From positions 1,839,896 to 1,903,895 of the forward strand of contig NW_019217787.1 of the NCBI RefSeq assembly GCF_002571385.2: a DNA stretch of 64,000 nt, read 5' to 3'. Below, one piece after another: positions 1-12,053 of the stretch. A program made the position numbers and the translations under genes. Numbering within the stretch: the stretch's first letter is position 1; each line of letters starts with the position of its first letter. The DNA is from Stylophora pistillata. Its lineage: Eukaryota. The notes under the pieces were generated by a model, which had not been told where the DNA came from, did not search any database, and saw only the letters and a program-made list of their open reading frames with translations.

Positions 1-80
1 AAATAGCACCCTTCTCTAGATTGTCAATGAACTTGATCTGCTGCTTGATCTGCTGCTCACTATATCAGTTTTTTTCCCCT

Positions 81-146
81 TTCCATGCCCCCCTCCTTCC
101 CCTCCTCTCCTCCCTCCCCCCTCCCTCCCCCTCCTTCCCCCTCCTT
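81..146. repeat. C-rich low-complexity tract (CCTCCCC-like)
   Basis: Visible run of ccctccttcccctcc-type units in the lipin intron. Confidence 0.7.
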
Positions 147-474
147 GGATAATCATCGGTTGCGCATGACTCAGGGAAAAGTCACATTTCTAAACAAGAG
201 ATAGGCGCCGGCGCAAAACGCAAGGAAAGGTATAACAGAGCTCGACGCTAACGGTCAGCAAACTCCACAGACTTGTAGCTAACGTCACAGACTAGTAGAA
301 GTTCAGTTTTGGCTAGTGGTTTTCGATTTCCATTGCCAGTTTGGCTAATGCGCGGGGGTCTGGAATACACCTGCGTTGGAGGATGCTTAAGAATATGTTG
401 ACATGAACTATTAACATAGTTTTACGGTGTCTCGTGGGAATGAATGGGTTAATGAATAATACGGTTTTCTTTAG

Positions 475-670
475 GTACATCAAACTTAGTGACTTGGTGG
501 ATCAAATGTTCCCNCCATTCAAAATGGAAGGTCTTCGTCCAGCGGGGCTTATAGCACCAGACCAATTTAGTTCCTTTACGTATTGGAGAGCGCCACTACC
601 GAGGATCTCTATGGATGAACTTAGCGACGCTGATGGCGAAGGAAGTCAAGAGACCGGCTCCAACCAATAA
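475..670 (+). CDS. LPIN: Last coding exon of a lipin (phosphatidate phosphatase); upstream exons lie left of the window
   Basis: Acceptor ttttctctttag ends at 474. The exon reads YIKLSDLVDQMFxP...DQFSSFTYWRAPLP, matching the lipin C-terminal signature (Y..L.e.VD..FP ... FS.F.(Y/F)WR.P.P). Stop TAA at 668-670. Confidence 0.8.
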
Positions 671-3417
671 CTGAGTTCAACATTTAGGCGGTAAGGAATT
701 GCTGCGTAGCGTTTGAATACAAAGTAGCGATTTTTTGGGTTTTGGAAGATTTTTTTTTTCAATTTCCTAAGGTCTGAAGAGTGAAAGTGTGACTTCAGAT
801 AATTGTAGTTTGCTGAGATACTAAGAGCGCCCTGACTGGTAAAAAAATCGTTGACTGCACCGTTAAACCCATAGAAAAGCTTATTTCAGAAAAAGCAATA
901 AACCACAATTTCTATCGGTGTAGCGGCGTAGTAGCCCACTTCGGATGTGGGAAGAACGCTTGAGGTGTTTTTCAATGAATTGCCTCCAGATCGTTATTTA
1001 CAAACTTTTGCTGTGTTCTCCCAAAATCCCGCGTGGGTTATTACGCCAATAATCATGCAGTGTACGACGTAATTAGCTTAGCATGTGAAGTCATACATTA
1101 TATTTCCCTCTGCAAATGTTTCTTACGGATAAGCGGACAAATGTTTAGACAAACGAGTTCTGAGCGAAAATATTCTTGATTTAAAACTTTGCAAGAATCA
1201 TTGAAGTAAACGGGCGAGTTTAATGACAAAATACCTTTCAATTCTCTTTCAGGTTAACTAGAAGATATGATTGTAAAACAACAAACGCTGAAATCCACTA
1301 TCTGTTGTGTATCATGGTTATTTCTTTATTTTCTTAGGTAACATATTTGATTTTTTTTAAAAAAATAGGTGAATTTTGAAATTTGTTAAGGTTAAAAAGT
1401 GATAGAAATTTATACGAAATTTAACAAGATCCTTTGGGTTTTTCGGTGGTCTCGTTAACTTATTGTGTGAATCAAGGATAGGTGATTTTTTTTTCTTTTA
1501 TGAAAGAATTGTGTTTATAGATATTACAAAATTATTGTAAATAGCTTCAAATAGTTGTTTTTTTATGATCCTCAGAAATTACATTTCCTCAGCCCCATTT
1601 CTTCTTTACCTGCATATTTTGTACTATCTTTTACTCTTTTCTTAGCTAATTTTTCGCCATACTTTAAAGCCCGGTTTTATAGTTAATAGATTGCTGGATG
1701 TTGCTTATCAAGTGAAGCTCTTTGTTGTAGAAAAACAACTGAATTGTACTGTCATTGAGTGTCTTTAAAACAAAACCCAAGTTATCACAGTGATCAATAA
1801 GAACTAAGATTATCATCATTACTAGTCAATGAGGACTCAAAGTGAAAACAACCAAACTGCTTTTTTACCTCAATTGTCGCAATCTGATTGTCCAATTTGC
1901 CGTTTTCGTTGAGAGTAGAGGCAACGCTGCTTGCGTCAACGTGTCACGATCTTGGTCACGCACTGAAAATATGTTAGTATTTGCTCAAATGGCAAACTTG
2001 ATTGTGATTAACATTTTGCTAAAATGTCTACGGTTGTTCTTTGGCACATGGGATATAAATTTTAAATTACTATAAAAATTTTGAAAAAATCATCAAAAAA
2101 AAGGTATAATATATGATTATAAGCATATTTCATAAAAAAAAACCAGAGATGATTGATCTTTGCAATTGCTACGTAAGTGAAGAGTCTCCAACGTGGGAAA
2201 TGTTATAGAGATGAATATTTAATCACGTAGACGCTGTAATTTCTAAGTTCAATTACAGTCATTTCATTCAAAATCGAACTTCAGCCAAGATAGAGTTGAC
2301 AATTTGTAGTTAAAGAAAGGTAACGTTGGCGGAGACTTTAAAGTCGGGTCGTCACACTTCCAAAGGTGCCTTGAACATCGGCAGGGTGGTGAAAGCCCTT
2401 TTCTTTATAAAGCTGCAAACTTGATGGAGGTACATAGCGGGAAAAGATATTTAAAACAAAGTTAAGCATTCAAGTTCCCTTCCCCTCCCCCACCTTTATA
2501 ATTTGATAAGGATGTATAAGGTAAAATGTTGAAGCTTTCGAGCACAAACGTTTAAAAGCGCCCCTGGCGACGATTCCAGGGTTTGTTTGTTTTTTTTTTA
2601 AAGGGTGTCATTACTACTGAGATACTATGGTCACGTTGACGAAAACTATTTCGCGCAACTTGTACGGATATGATTTGTTAAGGTGTTGATTTATTTGGTT
2701 GGTTTGTCCAGCACAGAAGGCTCTATTTAAACTGAAGAATGTATTACTAAATCGAGAATTTACACAACTTGGTCAATAAAAATGATTTTCAAAAAATGAA
2801 ATACTTTTATTATTTGTTGGATTAAGTATCCTACCTATTCTTCCTCCCTTTACTTCGGCTCTAAGGTTGGCGAAACAATTCTTGTGTTAAAAATTATTTC
2901 TTTCTGAGTGTAGATCGATTATGCCGCAAGGCGTGTGTATGGTTAAATCTCGTTCTTCATAGTTCATTAAGAAACTCTCCATTCATTGTTTGCATGTCAA
3001 AGCTTCCCCAAGTTATCTGTGTTTGACCGCGGGAGTCAAGCACAGAAATAACACGACGTGTTAAGGAGTTTCCATCTCCATGTCGTGGGAGATATCTTAA
3101 GGGGCGCCTCTCTATCGTCATAATTTCACTGATCTGAAGCTATACATGATATCTTCTAACTTGGAACGCCCCCAAATACACCCTTTTCCGACTTTTGAAC
3201 TGGGTGACCTCTGAGACGGTTATTTTAAAGAAATTGCTAACTTCTTAATTATGAGCTGTAAATTGCGATTGGCTTCCAGGTCATCCAGGGCTTATAATTG
3301 ATTCTTGTTATCTTTTTGCATGACAAATACGTGAAGATGTACATTTAACCGACTATTTTGGATTTGACTCAACTGGAGTGGAAAAAATCTCCCGCTGCTG
3401 TTACGCCATAACACATT

Positions 3418-3507
3418 TAGCCTGCGAACAGGCTCCCGGCTTGAGGAGCACAACGGCGCGAAGCAGGTCCCCACGTCTGATTGAACGGGGAGCCTGTTCG
3501 CAGGCTA
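3418..3507. mobile_element. 90-bp MITE with perfect 20-bp TIRs (TAG...CTA ends, Academ-like)
   Basis: tagcctgcgaacaggctccc (3418-3437) and gggagcctgttcgcaggcta (3488-3507); flanked by the direct repeat ataacacatt at 3408-3417 and 3509-3518. Confidence 0.75.
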
Positions 3508-4962
3508 TATAACACATTAAAAACATGATGTCCAACTACAATTTCAAGTTGTAATGGCAAACAACTCTTGGGGCGGACCCGAACTTCCTTCCTAAGATTT
3601 GATGGGGAGTTCCGGTGTAATCCTTTTTATCCTGTTGCTATTTCTGCAATGAAAAATAAAGGTTACCAAATTGCATAATAGGAAATGTAATTTACTTTCT
3701 TATATCCCGCTCAGTCTCATAGAAGTACAAATATCTCATTAGTCGTAAGACAACACAGTTTTTTTAATCCGCACACACAAATCACTATATTTGCGAGGTT
3801 ACAGTCTACAGACTGGGTGGTTGTGCTACACTCTTAATGCTGAACACTATTCCATTTCAGAACAAAATTACCTCTACTTCCTAACCACTTCTCAGACTTC
3901 CCATACTTCATTTCAAAATACAAATTATGACAAAAGCGCATCCCAAGCCCAAAACATGACGGTTAATTAATACGAATTTTTGGATATTTTTCCTAGTTTC
4001 AAAGCAAACAAGCAGTTGATCCAGAATTTTAATCCAATCCAGTTAATACAATCAAACGGGTAGATTTTAATTTTAGTTATATAAACTATTTAATAACTGT
4101 CTCCTTTTCAATGTTTAAAATGAGTGTGTTGATCATTCCTCTGAGGTGTGCGACTAACTCCACTATTCCCTAATTTTCATCTGCACAACCCTTCTGATAA
4201 GTGTTTGTAAAACAGTGATGGCTTGCTGCCAGTGATTTCAAGCATATACATGACTGACAAAATCCTGAGTTCTAAGGACCCTCGAACGACGGCAAATGTC
4301 GGCTTTTGCGGTCTAAACAGGTTTACCTTGAGCCAACAGTCTGCTTATTAAATTAGTAATTTGAAAACGTATAATAATCACACGTGACGGCAGTTCAAGA
4401 AATTTCAGAAGGTATAAGCCTGAACTTATATTAAAGAATTCGTCCGCGCTTGAACACGAGCACCACATGTACCACAGAGACCTTCTCACCTACTGTCTGT
4501 AGCCAAATTCCATTCACAAGAATAAAAACTTACTTCGCCGTCGGCATATGGCCTTGTGGCTTCTCATAACAACCAGATGTTATCTGGAGACACAGGCTTG
4601 AGGCTTTGTTCAAGCTTCGACTATAATTGTTTCTATTAAAGTGACCTATTGTATTTGTTATATTTTAATTAGATTTATAAATAGAATACATGCCGAATCA
4701 AGGAGTTCAGACGTTAATCACTCAAGTGAAATCTATTTCGAACCTGAGTACAAACTACCTATGTTCGTCCCTTATCAGTTGAGGCCAATACCAACTATTT
4801 TTCCCGTTTATTCTTTTGCTTTTTTTTCCTCTGAGTGTTTGTCTGGTCTCATTCAACAATGCTACTCTTATGACTAGTAATTCAGACTTTTTTATGAAAA
4901 GCTAATTTATTTACGTGCCTTTATATCCTTATGGAAACTTTCGCCTTTCCTTGATCGATCTT

Positions 4963-6446
4963 GAGTTTGACTAATGGTCGTGGGTCGTGGATCGTGGGTC
5001 GTGGGAACAAGTCGTGGGTCGTGGGTGTGGGTGTGGGTAAAAGTCGTGGGTGTGGGTAATACCTAACAATTAATGGTTAAGAGCTCATATTTAATAATGT
5101 TAATAGTACCACTACTAATAATCAATTACTGTTTGTAGGGGAAAAGGGCTTTTTCGTGATCGTGAAAGGCCCTTTGGCTGGTTTTAAACGTGATTTGGTT
5201 ATATCGCCGTGAAGTTTGAATCGCCTTTTCTTCATGGAAATTGCGAAATGACTGGCTTTTTTCGCGAAACGTGACTTGAACCGTTGTTATTCTTCTTTTC
5301 CACAAATTTATCTTGTAAGCGTCTCAAAACAAGACGGGAAACATGACTGTCATTAGTTACCGTGAAGTAATGGAATACTTCTCGACGAACAATGAAACGT
5401 ATGTTTCTTGAGTACGTCACATTTCGCAACTCTGCAGAGTCTGGTCTTTGTCAGATAAGAAATGAATCGTTTGAAAATTGAAATTATTAGAACCTCTTTA
5501 TTTATTAATTTACTTATTTCAATAATTCTTCATATCTAGTTTATTTTATGATTTAGAAAAGGACCTTGCCAGTTAAATGGACGAAGAAAAATTTTAAGAT
5601 TGTACTAATTGGTTCTTCGTTTCATTTCTTGTCACCGATGCCAGTTGTCGTGACCAATTTAACATTGGCTTGCGATTTCCGGTTGTCGATTGTACCGCAC
5701 ACTGGATACCAGAGGTTTTATATTTTCGTGTCTTGGAAAAACCTTGGAGCCAACATCTCCAGACCTGCAACTAACGTTGCAACGTTGCTATCAAAATATC
5801 GGCTTATCTTGCAACAGTTCGCTGTTTCACTTCATTTTTTTTCTTAGATGCGGGGTAGATGGTACGCGATACGGAGATAAAGCATTCGGCTCTTTGTCTG
5901 AATGTCATTGATCAATACAAGCTTTATTTTCCCTGACCAGCTGAGAGATATACTTTTACTTTTGAAACTTCATTTATTGTTAACCGGCACTGAGAGCACA
6001 ATTTAATTTTAATTCAAGAACACGGCCAATAGCCGTGTTTCTGATCCTCGAAGCTTCTTTCATGTTCTGAAAAGGTTGTTCTTTTAAGTTTAACACTTCT
6101 CTCTTTTCAGTGCAAGATTATTTTTTTGTGTGTTGATCAAGCGTTTTACCTGAACAAAACTCCTCAAACTCTTTGAATTGACCCTCATTTTAAGAGATTA
6201 CATCATTCTGCAAATAATGGCTTTGTCTTTGGTTTCACTTTTCTTTATGGATGAAATGAATTAATTCTGTTAGATGAAATCAATGAAATATTAGGCTCAC
6301 TAAACCGAGCTGATACAATGACAAGGGTTGTATAATATTTATGTATTATTATAACTAATATTTTAAATGATTATTGTTATTGTTGAGTATTAATCACACC
6401 CACGACTTTTACCCACACCCACACCCACGACCCACGACTTGTACCT

Positions 6447-6479
<33 letters not shown>
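4963..6479. mobile_element. ~1.5-kb non-autonomous DNA transposon with ~90-bp TIRs built from GTCGTGG/GTGTGG subrepeats
   Basis: gagtttgactaatggtcgtgggtcgtgg...gtaaaagtcgtgggtgtg at the left end is mirrored by cacacccacgacttttacccacaccc...cgaccataagtcaaactc at the right end. No clean TSD and no transposase ORF. Confidence 0.75.
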
Positions 6480-8819
6480 AGGGTGATAGGGTCTGATAGA
6501 GATGAAAGCTTGCGTTAATTTTGTAATATTATTACAGTGGCTGTAGATAAAAGCACAGCTGAAATAGTTTCAAATTTAAAACATTTCCTGGTCATGCTAT
6601 TCTCCCTTTTAAGCTCAACACAATGAATCAGTCTAATCTCAAGATTCTCCCTTGGTTTTGAGTCCCATTGTGGCGAGACCTCGTGCAACAGAAGCCTAAA
6701 TGAAAATATCGATAAAGTAGCTTAACAAGTATCGTTGAAATATCTAACAAAGTCCTTTTTTCAATTAAGAATGCTTCGAATAGACCGTGTATACCATAGA
6801 AACTGTCCCCATATCAAGTTCTCAGTCTGCTTTTACATGACCTTGACCGACCTTCTAAGTGTGTTTTCCAAATTCCACCCATCCTTCAATCCATTCCAAA
6901 CCATTCCAATCCAATCCAATCCTCTTTCGATAAGCGCCCCGTTCACACCTCCTCCCCACCCTCCTCCCCACCCGCCTCTCCACCCACCTCCCCACCCTAG
7001 TATTTATTATACCAGTTCAAGTAAATCGTCGTGAACCTAAAAAACAGGTCTTATAAATTGTTTGAACTTTTGTTTTGGAGAGAGATGAAATATAAACAAC
7101 GTTAATTATCACAATCTTATACATAAACGTTGCCCTGTTTCCCTAAATACAGAGCACATACGCTACAAAAGTGGAAGGGAAATGAGACCTATTTAGCTCA
7201 ATACAACGGACTGTTTTATTGGATTAGCTGTTACTGTTTAAGTGATTATCAACAATAAATAAGTTTCTCCTTCTCCCGCCGTGTTTGGTTTCTCAATTCA
7301 CGGAATACTTGGCACTGATTCTTTTCGTCAACAGAAATGTTCCTACGAACTCATTATGCGTGACAGGTTGTTGATCTCGATTATTTTGCTAAAAGGAACT
7401 TTGGATGCGAGCCAGTACAAGAGCCGATGATTTTTTCTTTTCCATTGGTTGTTTAGTTTTTTTTTTTTTTCTTTTCTTTTTTTTTATCTTTGTATCTCAT
7501 AAGAGCCTTTAGAAGCGGTTTATATGTGGCCAAATTAAACGAAATTCAAATGACAGTAAATTCGTTATGTATACGTTTTCCACATCTGCAGTTATCCTTG
7601 TGAAGTAAAGTTTCGAGTCGCGTGACAAACCCCACAGAAAGGTGACAAGCAAAAATGAGCTTAACTCTAATCTCGTGATTCCCATCTTATCCTTAGCTAG
7701 AGAGCGTCAATATCATCTCCAACAAATGCACTTTTCTGTCGTAAACCATTTGTTCTAAACTTTTCTTCCAATTAGCATGTCATCATTATTAAATAATTGC
7801 TTGCTTGCAGCCATTGTGATTTGGTGTCGCCCGGTGTAATTTACATAAATTGTCCATTACGCGCGCAGTAAACAACTGCTTTGAATGGAATTTAGTTACA
7901 CCCGCTACGTGACTGTGTGAGACGATCCGTTGGAAATCACCACGACATATCGGTTGATTTATAACAGATGGCTCTTGATAAGCATACTTGCATCAGTTGC
8001 GCTGTTCAAAATATATATTAGCCTCGTAAAAGATGCGAACATAACAAGTAGTTATTGTTTTGAGTACTGGTATGTTTCCTCATCAACATCTGCTTCGTGT
8101 TCATTTTCTCCTTTTACACTGTCCTTTTTTGTGTGTTGACAACTTCCCGAAACTTGGTTCTCAGCTACGTTTTAATCTTCACTATTCGCCTTCTTACGGG
8201 AATATCGTGTCAAATTTCACACCCTCGGGGTACGGTTAACTTTCGTTTGGTCCCGTGCCACATTATCCGGCTCAGATGGGTCGAAGCTCGCTAGGAAGTT
8301 GATACCTCTCGCTTTAGACAAGCTCAATCTCTCACTCAAACATCTGGTGTTTCATTGCAAATATATGAGAAATTTTCAACATACGAGAATTGTTTTGGTT
8401 TTCAAGGCCATGAACTTCTAGTGTTCTGAACAGCTTAAGATATTTTTGTTTAGCACTCAGAAATTGTGATATATGCCTTGGATTTTGACTTGCGAGGCCA
8501 ATATATATATTTTTTTGAGATGTCAAAAAAAACTTTTATATTTAAAATAAGATTAGTTTTTTTCCACAATGGAAGATCAACACGCCAGTTCTCAGCCTGA
8601 AAGATCTCACAAAAAAACTTTTGAGGTAAACCGGAAAAATAATGTGTAACCGACGAGGGCAAATACTATTGTTTTCATGTAAAAATAACTGCAAGTTTTG
8701 ATTTTCAAACAACAGTCGGGTTAACTTGAAATGTTTGCAGGACTAGTTTGACATTATCTTTTAGAAATAATTGCTATGGCGCCGAGATGCCGGCTAAATG
8801 TGCGACAGATCTGTTCTGT

Positions 8820-9266
8820 CAACCAATAGTACGATTTGTTTCAGCAAATTTTGACACCTCCCCACTGATTTCGACCAATCACACAGCAGGGTTTACTTTG
8901 AACGTCTCGCAAAATGTAGCTTATGTCACATGCTCGGGTCGGCTTTCAAAGCATTTTTTTCCTCGCTAGAAAACAAATTCACGACTGGCAGATTTTCGAA
9001 ACCTGTTCGTTTCGGCGACGCTTCGTGATTACATGGAACTTATTTTCAAGGCAGAGTAAAGAGGGAGCGATTGCTTGTAAAAAAAAGTTGAGTACGTGAC
9101 AAAGATACTTCGCAAGCTCAAAATGTAAACAAAGCTTCTTGAATTGTTTTAAAAATAGTAACTTGGATGAGCCAATCACACCTACTAATTATTCTATATA
9201 GCCAATGAAAGACTGCATAGTATTTGGATGGGAAAATTGACAAATCAGATATTCCAATCGATTGGG
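8820..9266 (+). promoter_or_regulatory. CCAAT-box cluster, probable promoter of the ZNF704/395-like gene
   Basis: ccaat at ~8823, 8875, 9172, 9202 and 9254 plus attgg at ~9261, within about 620 bp upstream of the ATG at 9446; CpG-richer than the surrounding DNA. Confidence 0.5.
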
Positions 9267-9445
9267 GCTTGGTAGACTCCCATTATCCGCCCCCAAAATC
9301 CGTCGTGAAAACAACAACAAAGCATTTTCGTTTTGGCGAGTGTCTATTTCGGACAAGTGTTTACCGGTTTCGATTTTTCAGGCAAAATTATTTAACTTCT
9401 CGTCAAAATTGGACGTGTTGTTTCACGGAAGAAAAGGAGAAAGAT

Positions 9446-12053
9446 ATGCTGTTGTCGAGAAGGCGACCGAAAAATTCGCTTCTGGGAGTTCGTGTCAGCG
9501 CACCTTGGAAAGATGGATTCTACTATTCCGGGATAATTGAGGCGGTCAAAAGCAAACCTACCGGCGAAAACACTTACACCATTCTGTTTGAAGACGACTA
9601 CATTGCTGAAGTGGATGAGGGAGAAATTGTGGGACCAGGATTCAAAAGTGTGGGAACTTCCTCGTTAAAGAACGGTCAACATGTTTACATCACGTACAAG
9701 AGTCGCGAAGTTGGCGCCCGTGTACTTAAGATTCGTTCAGAGTTCAACGAAGTTTTGGTTCAAATTTTGGACCAACACGAAACAATTGTTGCTGTAAGAC
9801 CGAGTGAGATTCATCTGATGAAAGGGCAACGGTATTCCACGGTGCCTATCGAAGTCAAGGGTTGCAACGGTACTAGTTCATTCGTATCGTGCCCGATACC
9901 ATGCAAGATGAGAGCACATGGAATACACTCTTGCGAGTAAGTTATAACTCCATATGGAAACCCGAACATTAACTCTCACATGGTGCTTCTTCGTGTTCGA
10001 GTATCTCGTTTACTTCTTCAAAACGTTCAGTTCAATGGGGAGAATTTTTATCTCTACTTCTTAGGTTTTCAGAACGACGTTCTGTGATATTCCTTTGTCT
10101 TATATTCTTAAGGCTTAGCTCTTTGATTAAAGTCGTTTTCTTTTTTTAGTGGATGGACCAAACGACAAGAAAACGTTACAAGAGGTGAAGAAATGGCTGC
10201 ACTTGTTCTTACTGCGCTGTCAATCTCTCCGGTTCTCAAAGATGCGGATCAAAGTAAGTGTGCAGTTTCTGTTTCCAGTAATTATCAGATTCATTGTACT
10301 ATCGATCGTAAGCCCACGACAACTTGCGAGCGGAACATATTTGCTATTCAGCACATAAGGCGTTTTTTCCCAGATTCAGTCTTTAGGGCTATGATCACAC
10401 TAATTTTTTGTGTGATTCCATTCACAATAAGTGTTTTTGTCTTTTCGATTTTCAGCGGACGATGTGTTTCTTAGCTTTCCTCCCACTCCGGACTCAGGAT
10501 CCGAGATGGCTACATTTTCGAGCCCGGGAAATTCGCCGCTCCGCTCATCCTCGCCAGTGCACTCGAATGACTCGAACTTTTTCTTAAGTGGTCCACCCTC
10601 TCCAATTGACGAAGGCATTGGAGTTGATTATCAGAAACAAGAAAACACCCGCAAAAGAAAGGTAGGGAAATTTTCAGCCCATCTAGAAAAAGTTTCGTGG
10701 ATATGTACTTCGGAAGTCCCTCCTAATTTGGCGTTTTCACCGATCTGGCGAAAAAAGGTTGCATCAGCATCTAGATTATATTTCTAGATAAAAGTTTTTA
10801 CTCTCTTGAACCAGTTAACTGACAGTAGGATGCTCTCAGTCAAGGTTGAGACACGTATTTTAGGAATTACTGTTAGTTTATGTATGGTGTTGCAAAATCT
10901 AAGGTGTGCGTTAAATCACGCAACGGTGAATCTGTCTCGTGTTGCTGTTTGCTTTCTATTTGTTCCGGGTATTTCTCAGTTCCTCTTTTTACTTCAGTTT
11001 TTTCGCTGCCGATCTCGCCTATTCGGTTGTAATTTCCAGGATATATGGAAAAGAATAGTGTGTAGTTATTTATTTATTCTTAATTCGTTTTAGACTTCTG
11101 CCTCTTCGAGTTCAAGCGTGAAGACATTGTACAAATGTACGTGGCCGCGATGCGGGAAAACCCTCTCTACCGCCCCCGGAATTATCAGACATGTTCGAAC
11201 AATCCATCTCGGGTACGCTTATGATATTTTACTCGCTTTTATAGATGTGTGTTTTATTTTTACTCGTAACGCCTTTCATTTTTTGCCCCCACAATACGTT
11301 ATGTATATTAGGATTGAACTGAAACGGTGTTAGTTATGGGCATCTTTCGCCTGCTTTTGGAGATTGTAGTCAACTTATTGCACAAATAAAACAAACTCAG
11401 TTCACAGTGGCTGAGTTTGTCGATTTTGAGTTGTGAAATCGGTTCTGTCCAGTCAGCAAATAGCTGAATACCTCGGAATTAATTCATAAGCGATGTTACT
11501 GACGCTCTATCTTGGCAAAATTTATTCGAGGAATGCTTAAATATCGTAGAGTTTTTCCAGTTTGTCTTACGTTTTTTTTCCTTTTGTGCGTTTCAGGCCT
11601 AAACGTTCGACTGAGGAAGGCTACAGTGATGGGGAAGAAGACTTCTACTTCAACGAAATAGACTTAGAAGAAGACGACTACATGAACGATCATGTTTTCC
11701 CAACACCGCTTGCACTGTCACCAACACCAACACAGTCTCATTTTGACATGGTGAAGAACCCGTGGACCGAACCAGGCCCTGAATTATCCTCAAGTGGACA
11801 CGACTCTCCACAGCATCCGCGCTTCAACTGGGATGCTTCAGCAATCACAAGTCTCTCGACCTACCCATCTCCGTCGAAAGCGAGCAGCGGCAAGACCAGT
11901 CCATCCAGGGTACAGCACAGTTCAAATCATCACACGCACCGCAAGGTTCGTGGAGAGAGCAAGAAATGCCGAAAGGTGTACGGAATGGAAAACAGACATC
12001 TTTGGTGTACACAATGCAGATGGAAAAAAGCTTGCGTACGATTTGCAGACTAA
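9446..12053 (+). CDS. ZNF704: ZNF704/ZNF395/SLC2A4RG (GLUT4 enhancer factor/HDBP) family zinc-finger C-clamp transcription factor, ~458 aa
   Basis: Exons 9446-9936, 10150-10253, 10456-10661, 11094-11212 and 11597-12053 join in frame (1377 nt, all GT-AG). Motifs: N-terminal [19 protein letters not shown]1 [16 protein letters not shown]2H2 finger [12 protein letters not shown]...[21 protein letters not shown], and terminal C-clamp [28 protein letters not shown]. The symbol is family-level; which vertebrate paralogue is closest cannot be decided. Confidence 0.9.

Noticed and set aside
9224-9445. N-terminal extension of the ZNF704-like ORF from TTG at 9224
   Set aside because: Non-ATG start overlapping CCAAT boxes; family similarity begins at ATG 9446.
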